In this document: positions 1 through 12,615 of the stretch, in pieces
How positions within the stretch are numbered: position 1 is the first letter of the stretch
Layout: each line of letters opens with the position of its first letter
Source: Octopus vulgaris
Lineage: Eukaryota
Assembly (NCBI GenBank): GCA_951406725.2
Contig: OX597817.1
Location: 140,182,001-140,246,000 of the forward strand
Direction of reading: 5' to 3'
Length of the DNA stretch: 64,000 bases
Program-made: the position numbers and the translations under genes
Notes under the pieces: model-generated
The model's input: the letters and a program-made list of their open reading frames with translations, nothing else
The model's database searches: none
What the model was told of the DNA's origin: nothing

Positions 1-1012
1 TCCAGCTGCACATGTTTAGATGGCGATAAACATTACTCCGTATAGTTACTGCTTTCGTCTCTCATATTTCGAGTTTTTCTACTCGTCTAAAAGTTAGTGT
101 CGAAATCTGCATTTCTGGGGTTCTTTACAAGACAAGACTTTTGCTTGAAATTTTCCTTTATTGGAAAGGAGTTTAGTTAAGTTCAATATATTGATTATTA
201 CTCGATATGTGACTGTAGTAATACTTATTTCATCAGTAGATTTCCTTACACAATTTCATATCTACATAGAAACGGGTCATTTGACCACAGAGTAAATAAC
301 TTTTACAAGCTGGGACCGAAGTGGTTATCTTGAATACAGAAAGTGGACAGGTAGTTTTTAGATCGACTTCAAAACCAATAATGTGTTTAGATGTTGCTTA
401 AGAAGAGTAGATGTTTGTCAAGTGATTCTAAACAGTTGCTGGGATTATTTTGCTAAACGTGTTAGGAAACCTCTTCAAGAGCAAAAAATCCGTCCCGAGA
501 CTGAAATCTGCGAAATAATTCTGAAATTTGTTAAGAATTGACATATATAAGCGAGGAACAAGTCTTACTGTATAATAAGGCACCTTATCGTAGCTGGAGG
601 TGTTTGTTACCGCCCTGCAAGATTCAATCTTGGAAAGCGACTGAAAATATTTGTGAATGTTTAATGATGTATCATAAGAATATTATTGGAATGTGTTTCA
701 AACATCGTTCAATAGACAATGATTTAACAAGGATTAGTGTCTGAGAATAAGACGATTTCATGATATTTAATGAGAATCTGAGAATGGTAACTGGCTGACT
801 CAGTGCCAAGCAATTAACTCTTAAAGAACCAAGTCACTTCTCATAAATATCAATGTGGCTCATTTAATCAATGCAAAAGCAAACAAACAAACAAAGCTGG
901 CGCGTTAGCTGAATGGAAGCGATAGTTTCCTAATTTACAGTGCTAAAATGCAATCGTTACAAGAAGATGATCTACCAAACTGGATTTCCCTAGATACACT
1001 ACATGAAAACAG

Positions 1013-1750
1013 GCCTGGGAAGAGAACATCGGCAATGCAGAGGAACGAAAGGAGAAGTACGAAAAACTAATCGAAGAGTGCAGAGAACAGGGATGGAATG
1101 TCGAGTATTACCACCTGGCAGTGGGGGCTAGAGGCTTCATTGAAAGGAAAATGACAACGCTATTCAAAAGAAGATTTGTTTTTTCTAGCTCTGAGCTGCG
1201 AAAACTAATAAGGAGAGTACAGGAGGCGGTCGAAAAAGCCAGCTTCTATATATGGCTGAAGCGGGAAAACCAAAAATGGCTTGAAAGTCATAACATGCCG
1301 GCGGGAAATAACATCACTAGGTGAGACAAGCTGACTCCGAATCAGCTTCGCTGACTGACAGGCGACGATCGTTTAGAGAATGCGCGGGCTAAGACCATAC
1401 GCCTTCACTAGTCAGTTAAGGTGAGACAGTGTCACGTGGCAACTTGCTGGGGCTCCCTGCTGGAGCCTACCAGCAGGTATTTAAAGGAAAAAATTTGACA
1501 AGTCAGTCAGTCACCGGCTGACACTCGCTAACGATACATCGAAGAGGCCAGGGAACAAGAGAAAGAAGACACCTCCGAAGGGGTGGGGCATCACGTCAAA
1601 ACGGTAGAGGAGTAGGGGCCGAAACCGGACGTGGTTCCTCCTGATGATGTCTTGAGCTAACTGGATCCTATAAAGGAGCTGTTGTGACAGCAGACCACGA
1701 AACACGGTTGTAATTCCCCTGGAGTCCTAATCACTACGATGTGGCACACA
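1013..1750 (+). mobile_element. 5'-truncated HERO-like (restriction-like endonuclease) non-LTR retrotransposon: ORF C-terminus plus 3' UTR
   Basis: Frame from 1016 reads WEENIGNAEERKEKYEKLIEECREQGWNVEYYHLAVGARGF...AVEKASFYIWLKR, stop at 1324. This resembles the RLE C-terminus of HERO-clade elements (PWEE..ERK..KY..L...C...GW...VG.RGF...AS..IW.KR). A GC-richer structured UTR follows; its 3' boundary is approximate. Confidence 0.8.
1591..1653 (+). ncRNA. Hammerhead-like motif with permuted strand order (cleavage strand, GAAA strand, CUGAUGA strand)
   Basis: CGG-UA-GAGGAG (1602-1612), GGGGCC-GAAA-CCG (1615-1627), UUCCUC-CUGAUGA-UGUCUU (1635-1653). Stems I and III pair in exact hammerhead register. 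Stem II is G-U rich with a U/C mismatch at the first position. Confidence 0.6.
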
Positions 1751-2691
1751 TATTCCTCAACCTCTCGTCCTATGAAAGAGAAAAGAAAAGTAATGGTTGC
1801 ATGCACATGATATTAATTTACAATGTCAGGTATGACATTACGCAGAAAATGGGAAGCCATTCGGTCTACATCCGTACTACTGTCTCATCCAGAGCAACGT
1901 ATCTGTTCGTCACACACACAATACATTTATTTGTCGTTTCGACAATACATTTGTCACTTACACAATAAATGTTTTTTTGTCTACATGGCAAACAGCTGTC
2001 TACATGGCAAACAGCTGTATTGTGTAAATGACAAACAGATGCGTAGACGACATATATATTTGTCATTTAGACAATATATCTGTTAGTCGTTAAGACAAAA
2101 TCTTATCAGATAGTTGTACAACTGTTGGTCAATTCCACAAAGTATCTATTGGTCATTTAGGCAATACATCTGTTTGTCATTTACGAAGGAATTCTATTGG
2201 TTACTTGAACAATACCCACACACTGTATCCACCTCCAGACTTTGCTGATTCATATCAGGATACAAAAGAAATTTTAATGCTGATGATGATAGCGATGACG
2301 ATGATGACGATGATGACGATGATGATGATGATAAAAAGGACAAAGGTGATGCTGTAGGTAGTGACGGTGGCAGTAGTGGGTACTGTCTCTGCCAGAATCA
2401 CTGTTGACAATGACATTGAGAGAAGGTGTTGGTTACAACTAAACGGAACGACGTGAAAAGGTTGTGAGGGAGGAGAGTAACCGCGAGAGTAGCAGCGGCA
2501 GCAGCAGCAGTAGTGCCAACAGTGGTAGCAGCGTCAGTAGCAGCAGCAACAGCAGCTGTAGTAGTGGTAGTGGTAGTAGTAGCGGTGACGTCGGAGAGTC
2601 GCAAAAAGGGTTTAGCTAGTTACTAGGGGAAGATAACTGTTGCTGTCTGTTCATTATGACGACAGAGATGTGTAAATGAGACAGTGTCCCC

Positions 2692-2694
<3 letters not shown>

Positions 2695-2756
<62 letters not shown>

Positions 2757-3010
2757 GGGGAGCAAATACAACGAAAAACACACATAAGCAAGACAACAAT
2801 ATTCTATTAACCAGTGAAGTTGTTGTTGTTGTTGTTGTTGCTGTTAGGCCAATAACAACGGCAGCCCCGTCACCCAGGTAGGTGGCTTTCCCCGGCACTA
2901 AAACTGCCTCATTGTAATTGGAATTAGTTGCTATGACAACGAAATTATATGGCGAATGTTTCGAAAATTGTCGCCTTCTACATTGAGTCTCTTTTATTCT
3001 TTCTTTCTGC

Positions 3011-3063
<53 letters not shown>

Positions 3064-3218
3064 TTTCTCCCCCTCCTTATCTTTTTTCTTGCTCTCTCAT
3101 TCTTTCTCTCTCTTAATCTCAATCTCTCCCTTCCTTTTTCTATTTCTTTCTTTCGTTCTTTCTTTATTTCTTTGTATGTCTCTTACTTTATTTCCTGCTC
3201 TCTTTCTATTTCTCTCAT

Positions 3219-3259
<41 letters not shown>

Positions 3260-3260
3260 T
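2695..3260. repeat. (GA)n and (CT)n microsatellites and a pyrimidine-rich tract
   Basis: Seen directly. Confidence 0.95.
2927..2940. promoter_or_regulatory. Candidate RFX X-box
   Basis: GTTGCTATGACAAC fits GTHNYY-AT-RRNAAC and lies in a short non-repetitive island. Confidence 0.25.
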
Positions 3261-3349
3261 TCTCACTCTTTTTCTCTTGCTCTCCTTCTCTGTCACAAAA
3301 TCGGTCTGCGTTCATGTCTGTGTCTATCTCCCCCACCACCTGTTTTCAT

Positions 3350-3830
<481 letters not shown>

Positions 3831-3879
3831 TCAAATGACATGTATACACACTTACGCATATATAATCCTTGTATCTTTT

Positions 3880-4065
3880 CCGTTTCCCGTCCTTCAGCCA
3901 TTGGTTTGAGGCCATTCTGGAGTACAGCCTTCGAAAGTGTAGTTGAATAAATCGACAACGGTGCCTATTTTATTAAAGCCTGATACTTATTCTGTCGGTC
4001 TTTTTGTGCTTACGCGGACGTAAACAAACCAAGATCGGTTGTCAAGCGGTTGTGGGGGACAAGCA
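3880..4065 (-). mobile_element. SINE family A, 3' portion (decayed)
   Basis: Reverse-complement similarity to the 3' halves at 21670-21865 and 46750-46955. Confidence 0.7.
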
Positions 4066-4099
4066 ACAACCTAGGTATATATACATACATATATGTTTC

Positions 4100-4865
4100 T
4101 TTATTGGCCACACAGTGCTGAACACAGAGGGGACAAGCTACAAAGTAGATCTTTTCTGTTTGGGAAGAAGAGAAAAAAAGTGGGTCGAATTTCGATCAAA
4201 AGGGATCGTGGAAAGAAAAAGCCGATCAATAGGGATCGTGTATCACAGAAATGTCAATGTGAAAAACAGATTAGATTTATCCATGGAAAGAAAAGCCAAC
4301 GGAAAAGACCACGGTAACCCCGGACAATAATGTCATGCAAAAAAAAAACACATTACAGTGACTCTCTTTTTCCTTTCCTTTTTTTGGTTCATAGGACTAT
4401 GCTCAAGGTAGCTCCGTCATTCACACGTGCCCCCCTTGCTCCATTTACCCACCTTTTTTTGAAACATTCACTAGACAAAACTTCCCTCTCTACTCTCACC
4501 TTCCTCTTTGTTGAGAGATTGACCAGAGAGGAGTGTTTGTCTCTAGACCTTTCAGACGCATTCACCATACACATTCTTTCGCCATAGCCACAAGTACGAT
4601 GAAAATGGCTCTTCCTTCCCGTTTCAAGGAAGGATGCTAGACATTAATCACGATAGACTCGGTTGATAAACTGACTCGTCCCACACGCGATAGCCATTCG
4701 CCCTTCCTCGGCCTCTTTTTGATCCGCGACTGTAGTTCGGTCATAGAGATGAGCTGCGGGAAAGTGCGCCTCACAAACGGCGACCACACCTGTTCACTGT
4801 CGTCTACGTAGAGCCGGAGATACCGCAGTCTCAGCGCGTGTCTGCGCATCATCAACCACGGCATG

Positions 4866-4868
<3 letters not shown>
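4100..4868 (-). mobile_element. Tx1/L1-clade LINE 3' fragment, internally deleted
   Basis: Minus strand reads MPWLMMRRHALRLRYLRLY..., then AMAKECVW*MRLKGLE and KRKVRVERE...FKKRWV. This resembles the post-RT and C-terminal regions of L1/Tx1 ORF2. Confidence 0.6.
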
Positions 4869-4918
<50 letters not shown>

Positions 4919-4919
4919 C

Positions 4920-5080
4920 ACGACATGATTCTTTCAGTTTCCGTCTACCAAATCCACTTATAATACTTTGGTCGATCCCGGAGCTATAGAGCTATAGTAG
5001 GTAACTCCCCAATGTCCCACGCAGTGGGAATGAACCTGGAAACATGTAGTTGGAAAGCAAGCTTCTTACCACACAACCAC
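4920..5080 (-). mobile_element. SINE family A, tRNA-like head
   Basis: Similar to 46545-46700 in reverse complement (GTGGTAAG...GGTTCATTCCCACTGCGTGG). Confidence 0.8.
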
Positions 5081-5127
5081 ATACACACACATCCACATAT
5101 ATATATATACATATATATATACATATA

Positions 5128-5790
5128 TGTGGTAATGCTTGAATAATTGGAAAATCACTCGATCAGCTCAGAGAGTAAAGATTATCTTAAATTAAGAACC
5201 ACAAATCTTGCAATTACAGCTACCTACGGTTTCCTGATCGAAATAATAATTTTTTCCGACATTTTTAAAGCTGAAAGCAAGACCGTTTGTCTGTTGTCTT
5301 TTGAACAGATAACTTTTAACAAAAGGCGATTGTAAAGAAGAAGGCAAAAAGGGAAAACGTTATAATAATTCGATATGAAGCAGATGTTAATGGTTTACTA
5401 AGTGTCCAGTGATCTACTTTTAAATTCGGATAAGATGTACTTTTTGAAATGTGGACATAAAGGAAAAAATCTCGTTCCTCGAATTTCTGTATTGGAGTTT
5501 TTCAAGTGTTTTTACAGATACAGTTTTTCAAGAGGATAGTCTGAACAATTTTTGATCTGTTTAATATAGGGTCTGGATCTAGAGAAGATTCTCCATTTCA
5601 TATCAAAATTGGTCCCTTCTTTAAGTTTCCAGATTAAAGCCGAATGGGTTATTGAATGTCTCTTATTACGGTACCTAAAATTCGAGACACGGTTGTTATA
5701 TCGAGATTTAAATTTTCCTTCCACAGCTCCAATATAACGTTTATTATATCTGTTATGTAGTTTTTGGCAGTCTTCACAAACAAAATTAAA
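5128..5790 (-). mobile_element. Penelope-like element 3' end (GIY-YIG C-terminal half) with a decayed U3:A8 hammerhead at 5217-5273
   Basis: EGKFKSRYNNRVSNFR...ALIWKLKEGTNFDMKWRIFSRSRPY resembles the Penelope endonuclease C-terminus. Downstream on minus: CAGC-UUUAAAA-stem II-GAAA-CCGUAGG-UA-GCUG. The element ends in (TA)n. Confidence 0.75.
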
Positions 5791-6574
5791 AGGCTTTACA
5801 TAAAAATAGCAGTTTGAAATATTTTCCTAGCAGAAATAAAAAATGTTCTTATACCATTCTATTTCCTTACAAACTAGGTTGAAAAGGATAACTTTTGGTG
5901 AGTATGAAGGAGGAGAAATGGTTGAATTGGCTATTGTCTTACATTAGCTCATTATTTGCAAATAGCTTGAAGAGCAGCTATGTTTCATATAATTAGCCGA
6001 TTGAAAGCTAATTAATGACCTAATTAATATCGAATAAGGTAAGATGGTATTCTGTTCTATAATGATTTGGTTCAATGAACTTTTTTTATAAGGAGTAAAT
6101 ATGTGTTTTCAGAGCAACTTGGCTGGTATTTGATCATGTCAGTCGGAAAGGTAGAAGCTCCTTCATTGCATTTTAATGTGTGTCAATGGTGAATTCACTA
6201 GGAATGTGAACGTGTCGCACTAAATACCAGACAGTGTCTAGTGTTGTGGGACTGTGTCGCAGCATTAGAAACAACTTTGGAAATTAAGGGATTACTTCTT
6301 TCTTCACTTCAACTGTGATAAACTATCATTGAACAAACCAATTCTGCTAAATACTTTTACGATGATATTAAAAGGTTTGAAATTCAATTACCGCCCCCCA
6401 CTCTTGGTCGCATCAATATCGGACGTAACTACTTAGAACTTCGAGAAACGTCATTTACATACAAATCAATGCTTAACAAACATTTACAGATTCTTAACTA
6501 TATTATTATATGAAACAAAAATCCCTGAACGGCTTTCTTTTTCCCTTATCTTAATCTTTAATATAATAATAATG

Positions 6575-6648
<74 letters not shown>

Positions 6649-6651
<3 letters not shown>

Positions 6652-7188
6652 GCTATGCCAACATTATGGAATAACAACAGAAAAAGATGGTATAGGCACA
6701 CACCAGAAAAGGTCACAGAAAACGAGAAAGCAACCATACTCTAGGATATGCCAATACACACAGCTAGAGAAATTAAGGCCAACAGACCAGATATAGTTGT
6801 CAGAGATCATGAAGAAAATAAATGCTTTCTAATTGATGTATCAATACCAGCAGATGACAACGTGTCTCTAAAAGAAATGGAGAAACTTTCAAAATACAAA
6901 GACCTGGAAATAGAGGTAACTAGAATGTGGAATGTAAAAACAGAAACAATTCCCATCATAGTAGGTGCAATAGGCATAATAAAAAAATATTCAGACAAAT
7001 ACATAACAAAATCACCTGGACTTACAAACACATATAACATACAGAAAATTGCACTACTAGGCACTGCAAACATCCTACACAGAACACTTTCAATACAATA
7101 ACCATCAGAGCATCACAACAAATCATACCCAAGGCACACAGAGCTGCGCTCGGTAGTGAAGTGAAAGCACGCTATAAAAATAAAACTA

Positions 7189-7195
<7 letters not shown>
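6649..7195 (+). mobile_element. R4/Dong-like LINE 3' end in (AAT)n (young family D1)
   Basis: ILxDMPIHT.REIKANRPDIVVRD...LIDVSIP...EKLSKYKDL (PD..D..K RLE motif), flanked by (AAT)n on both sides. Near-identical copies at 54756-55380, 59199-59395 and 59488-59950. Confidence 0.92.
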
Positions 7196-7268
<73 letters not shown>

Positions 7269-7522
7269 TAATAATAATAATAATAATTATAATAATAATA
7301 TTAACTGGTACATCACACGTATTGAGAAGAGCATTGTCGATGTGAGAACTGTTGCTGCTCATGTATTTTAATTTAACTTTAAAAAAATAAAAAAAATTAA
7401 CGAACTATTGAGTTTGGTTTAATGGCCTACCAATGTATACTATGAGTTTCTTTGCCCTAGGAGTCGGGAAGACACTCGGCAAGAAATGGAAGCAAATTTG
7501 AAAGAAGAAAAAAAGTAATAAT

Positions 7523-7610
<88 letters not shown>

Positions 7611-7611
<1 letters not shown>

Positions 7612-8105
7612 CTGGTTGGAAGTGTTATCATGTACATAGTTTTGTATTGGTATAAAAGATGGGCTACAGCAAATAATCTGCTCAATACCACAGATTTGCT
7701 TGTCAGTTGTTTGACCATAACAAGTTGAGCATGTCCCTTAGTGGCTGACGATATGTGCATCTCTGATCATGAGGAGAAGTAGTAGGGGAGCATCATAGTC
7801 ATGTGTTGAGAGGGATTCTTTGGGGTTTGAATAATTCACCTCTGAAAATATGGATGTTTCACTCAACATCCTTAAACAACCCTTATTCAGGGACCTTTTG
7901 AGCGGGATGGGTTACTCAACCAGAAGAAAATTCTAACTGGGCCCCACCTGCAAGGTCATGTGCTGTTTATTTTGATATGAGATCACCACGTTGCGCACAT
8001 ATGGTTGTGATGCATGTGCCTAGTGTACCCTTATCAGACGGGTAGTCATGATGGGTATATTTTACCCCAGTGTCACTTTGATGGCAGGCACTGCTCTCTC
8101 ACTCA
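7611..8105 (+). mobile_element. Non-coding (AAT)n-tailed element, probably the 3' UTR of another R4/Dong family
   Basis: Homologous to 9439-9885 and 11013-11105; flanked by (AAT)n. Confidence 0.7.
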
Positions 8106-8126
8106 ATAATAATAATAATAATAACT

Positions 8127-8212
<86 letters not shown>

Positions 8213-8214
<2 letters not shown>

Positions 8215-9425
8215 GACTGGAATTAACAAGTAAGATTGCCACAATTGGCCTACACACCTACCTGAAAAACTCTGAGAACTGGATGTTAAAACTTGTCTCA
8301 AAATATGACAACAAGAAAGCATCATACTCAGTAACAAAACAGGCAAAGGAATATTTAAGGGAATTCCAAATCCAACAAATTCCAGAATTAGGCGTACTAG
8401 AAAGAAGCACAGAAAAAGCTAAACGCATGAAAACCCGTGCTAAAACTGCTGCCTTATATATTCTGACTGATAAATGGCAATACAAACCTCTCAATGTCAA
8501 ATACCCAAAGAGAGCGAATAATGCAGATGTTGACAAAGCCCTGATCCATCAATGGCTAATGGCCTCTGGCTTAAAATAAGAAATAGATGGGTTTATCATA
8601 GCAACTTAAGATCAATGCCTACCTAAAAGGAACTACCAGGCCAACATATTAAAGAAGAGCAGTAGCCCAACATGTGTATGTCAACAACAAAATGGAATCA
8701 TTGATCATGTTGTCTCCAAGTGCAGTCTTTTAGCGCCTCTATCATCTCAACAGGCATGATAGAGCTGCACAATATATTCACTGGGTAATTTGCAAAAACC
8801 TGGACCTGCCCCATGATAAAAACTGGTGGGAACACAAACTACCTCCAGTGCTTCAAAATGATCACATCTCACTCATCTGGAACTTCACCATTCAAACTGA
8901 CAGAAAGATAGATGTGAACAGGCCAGACGTTATATTGAAAGACTTCAGACAAAAATCATACTTCCCTGTTGATATGAATGTCCCAATCGACATAAATGTA
9001 GCTGTCGAGAACTACCAAAAACTGAGCAAGTATAAAGATCTTGAAATAGAAATTGGCAAAATGTGGAATCTCAAGACTAAAACAATATCTGTTGTCATAG
9101 GTGCCCTAGGAATGATAGCAAAAAGGCCTGATTCCTATCTAGATCAGATACCTGGAATCGCCAAAATGGCAGGAATTCGAAAGATAGTGCGCATGAGAAC
9201 TGCCCATATCCTACGTAAAATACTATGTAATCTCAAATTTCAAAACAAACTCATAATTGTCTTATGTTTTCTGAAACATTCTCGAGAACAATATTTTGTG
9301 CAAAACCAAATATATGACATCCTACGCATAACACCAGCATGAACTTTCAGGTTGTTGTCTCTTGAGGTCTCCCGATGTGACCTGGAGCCAACTTGTACAA
9401 ATACAAAGCAAAAGTCAAACATAAA
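8213..9425 (+). mobile_element. R4/Dong-like LINE 3' portion (decayed; zinc knuckle and RLE)
   Basis: QWLMASGLK, a frameshifted C..C..H..C region, RHD, WNFTIQTDRKIDVNRPDVILKD, KLSKYKDLEIEI, VVIGALG. Flanked by (AAT)n. Confidence 0.9.
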
Positions 9426-9438
9426 ATAATAATAATAA

Positions 9439-9881
9439 TTCTGCTCGAAACCACAGATTTGCTTGTCAGTTGTTTGACTTTAACCAGTTGAGCATGTCCC
9501 TTAGTGGCTGACGATATGTGCATCTCTGATCACGAGCAGAAGTAGTGGGGGAGCATCATAGTCATGTGTTGAGAGGGATTCTTTGGGGTTTGAATAATTC
9601 ACCTCTGGAAACATGGGTGTTTCGTTCAACATCCTTAAACGACCCTTATTCAGGGACCTTTCGAGTGGGATGGGTTACTCGACCTGAAGAAAATTCTAAC
9701 TGGGCCCCACCTGCAAGGTCATGTGCTGTTTATTTTGATATCAGATCACCATGTCGCGCACATATGGTTGTGACGCATGTGCCTAGTGTACCCTTATCAG
9801 GTGGGTAGTCATGATGGGTATACTGGGCTTCGTATATTTTACCCCAGTGTCACTTTGATGGCATGCACTGCTCTCTCACTC

Positions 9882-9885
<4 letters not shown>
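9439..9885 (+). mobile_element. Second copy of the (AAT)n-tailed non-coding element
   Basis: Colinear with 7677-8105. Confidence 0.75.
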
Positions 9886-9945
<60 letters not shown>

Positions 9946-9948
9946 GTA

Positions 9949-10006
<58 letters not shown>

Positions 10007-10011
10007 TGATG

Positions 10012-10082
<71 letters not shown>

Positions 10083-10086
<4 letters not shown>

Positions 10087-10954
10087 CACACGCACCAATG
10101 GTTACGAAGTTCAGGGCTAAAAGCAGAGAGTGAAAGTTTCATATTAGCTGCTCAAGACCAAAGCTTATTAACCCGGAACTACCAAGCCAATGTGATAAAA
10201 AATGGAGCTGACCTAAAATGCCGATTCTGTAACAATGAGATTGAAATAATAGACCACCTAATCTCAGGGTGTAGAGTCTTAGCACCTGCAGAATATAAAG
10301 CAAGACATGACAGAGTCGGCCAGTATTTCCACTGGACAATATGTCGGCACTATAAAATCAAAACCTCTGACAAATGGTATAAACATCATCCTGAAGCTGT
10401 GACTGAGGGAGAAAATGTGTCTATTCTATGGGACTTCCCCGTACAGACCGACAAAACTATAAAAGCTAATAAACCGGATATCATTATAAAAGATCAGACA
10501 AAAAGGATGTGTTTATTAATTGACATGAGTATTCCTTGCGATCACAATATAGCAGCGAAAGAATTTGACAAGATTAGTAAATATAAAGACTTGCTAATAG
10601 AAATTGTTAAAATGTGGCATCTCAAGGTGACTACAGTACCAGTGATTGTAGGAACTCTAGGAATGATTAAAAAAGGTACTGAAACTTATTTGAAAATGAT
10701 ACCAGGCTTACCATCCCTACAGGAAGTGCAAAAAATCGTATTAACTGGAACGGCTCATGTACTGAGAAGAGCACTATCGCTGTGAAAACTACATCCATCC
10801 ATGAATTTATTTATTTATTAATTTTTAAATACATATTTTATCTGTGAATTTTCGCGTGTAATCTGGGAATGCATACAATGAGCTTCTCTGTACCAGGTGT
10901 ATGGAAAACACTCGGCGAGAAACGGAAGAAAATTTGAAGAAAGAAGGAAAAAAC

Positions 10955-10955
<1 letters not shown>
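10083..10955 (+). mobile_element. R4/Dong-like LINE 3' end with an open C-terminal ORF segment (stop at 10785)
   Basis: CRFCNNEIEIIDHLISGC (CCHC), RHD, KPDIIIKD...LIDMS, KISKYKDL. Flanked by (AAT)n. Confidence 0.93.
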
Positions 10956-11015
<60 letters not shown>

Positions 11016-11099
11016 GGTCATGCGCTATTTATCTTGATATGAGATCACCATGTTGCGCACATATGGTTGAAATGCATGTGCCTGGTGTACCCTTATGAG

Positions 11100-11545
11100 A
11101 CGGGATCATATCGTACGCCTTACGATGGTCGATCCATGACATGGTTAAGTTACTTTCTTTCTCTTGTAGTCTCTAAGTACAGTTTTGTCTATCAGGAGTT
11201 GACCATGGGTACCTCTGCACTTACGCTTGCAACCCTTCTGCTCATGTGGCAGGACTCCATGTTTTTCCAGATGTTCGTACATTGACTGCGAGTATTCCAG
11301 TCAATAATTTCCATATAAGTGGCAAACAGGATATTGGCATGTAATTGTCAACCGCATTGCATTTTTCGATGTTTTTCATGCACAGCGTTTTCCTACCCAT
11401 TGTCAACTACTCTGGTGTTACTTGGTCGGCATTTAACAAGGTGTTGAGTTGCGCAGCTATTCGTGCATGACATTCACCAAATCTTTTGATCCAGTAACCT
11501 TGAACTCCATTTGGTCCCGTGGCCTTCCAGTTGCTCATTTTTTCA
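11100..11545 (-). mobile_element. R4-clade LINE, N-terminal RT fragment
   Basis: Minus strand reads NWKGHGTNGVQGYWIKRF...[20 protein letters not shown]...[23 protein letters not shown]...WIDHRKAYDMIP. Confidence 0.85.
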
Positions 11546-11824
11546 TTTAGTCATCCACAGCCATCTTTTTTTCTCTCCCCGTCTTATCTTCAACATCCCT
11601 ATCACATTGACCATGCATTGTTTTCTTTACCCACCTATTTTCAGTTTCAATCGTTTTCAATTTCTTTATAGTGCTTTATATTTGCAATCTTTCATCCTAC
11701 ACAAGCCTGACCTTCCTACTTCTAATAATAGCGGTTCTGTGGCATTTTTTACATACCATGCTGGCATGGGTTGGACGGTTTGACCAGAGCTGACAAGGTA
11801 GAAGGCTTTACTATACCCTAGTTT

Positions 11825-11863
<39 letters not shown>

Positions 11864-11867
<4 letters not shown>

Positions 11868-12135
11868 CAAAATGGGACAAGAACGCAAAACATTCAGAAG
11901 ACGATACAAAAACACGGACGGGTCATTCGAAGCCTTCAATATTCAGTCAAGAACCGGATCATCCTCGCAATTAATCGGCTGATTAATCTTCAGATTGCTC
12001 CAATCTGGCCATCCTCAAGGAAAAACTAAGCTAAGCGCATTAGATTCTTTGGAAAAAAGCTCCGAATGTATACGAAACAAGGACGAAAAAACGGACGATG
12101 TTACACGAATATGAATACAAAAATAATACGAAAAA
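11864..12135. mobile_element. (TA)n-flanked non-coding repeat, probably Penelope-derived; partial second copy at 12992-13106
   Basis: Two homologous copies next to (TA)n tracts. Confidence 0.55.
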
Positions 12136-12137
12136 AC

Positions 12138-12202
<65 letters not shown>

Positions 12203-12574
12203 TAATAATAAAAATAACAGGACATCACAACAGGCGTCTTTCGACTTAGACGAATTGAAATCAGCTGGCGTGTTAGGAATGTGCCTTGGGGCAGAGAAAA
12301 AATGTTGATGTTACCACGACCGCAGCCAGACTCAAAAGGCCAGTAGTTAGCCAGTCGGTCACGTCTGAAGAGAAGAAAGAGGAAAAGAGGGACAGAGGAA
12401 TTAAGGAGGGGGAGAAGAGAGAGAGAGCGAGAAAACAGACAGGGACAAAGTGAAGTGCAAAGTAAGAAAGGCAAAGAAATGTAGGAAAGGTGGGAGAGAA
12501 ACAGTATTGTAGAGTCGTACCAAGTTTAGAGAAATGTGTACTTACATATAAGAGAATAAAGGGTACGTGCGTCG

Positions 12575-12612
<38 letters not shown>

Positions 12613-12615
<3 letters not shown>

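Noticed and set aside
1834-1894. Alternative 'GAAA/CUGAUGA' pairings further downstream of the HERO UTR
   Set aside because: No complete core with complementary stems on either strand.
7677-7760. Possible permuted hammerhead in the (AAT)n-tailed element (UA-CCAC ... GUGG-CUGACGA, with UGCUCAA/UUGAGCA)
   Set aside because: No GAAA at the required position in either copy (ACAAG or ACCAG instead). Worth rechecking only against a family consensus.
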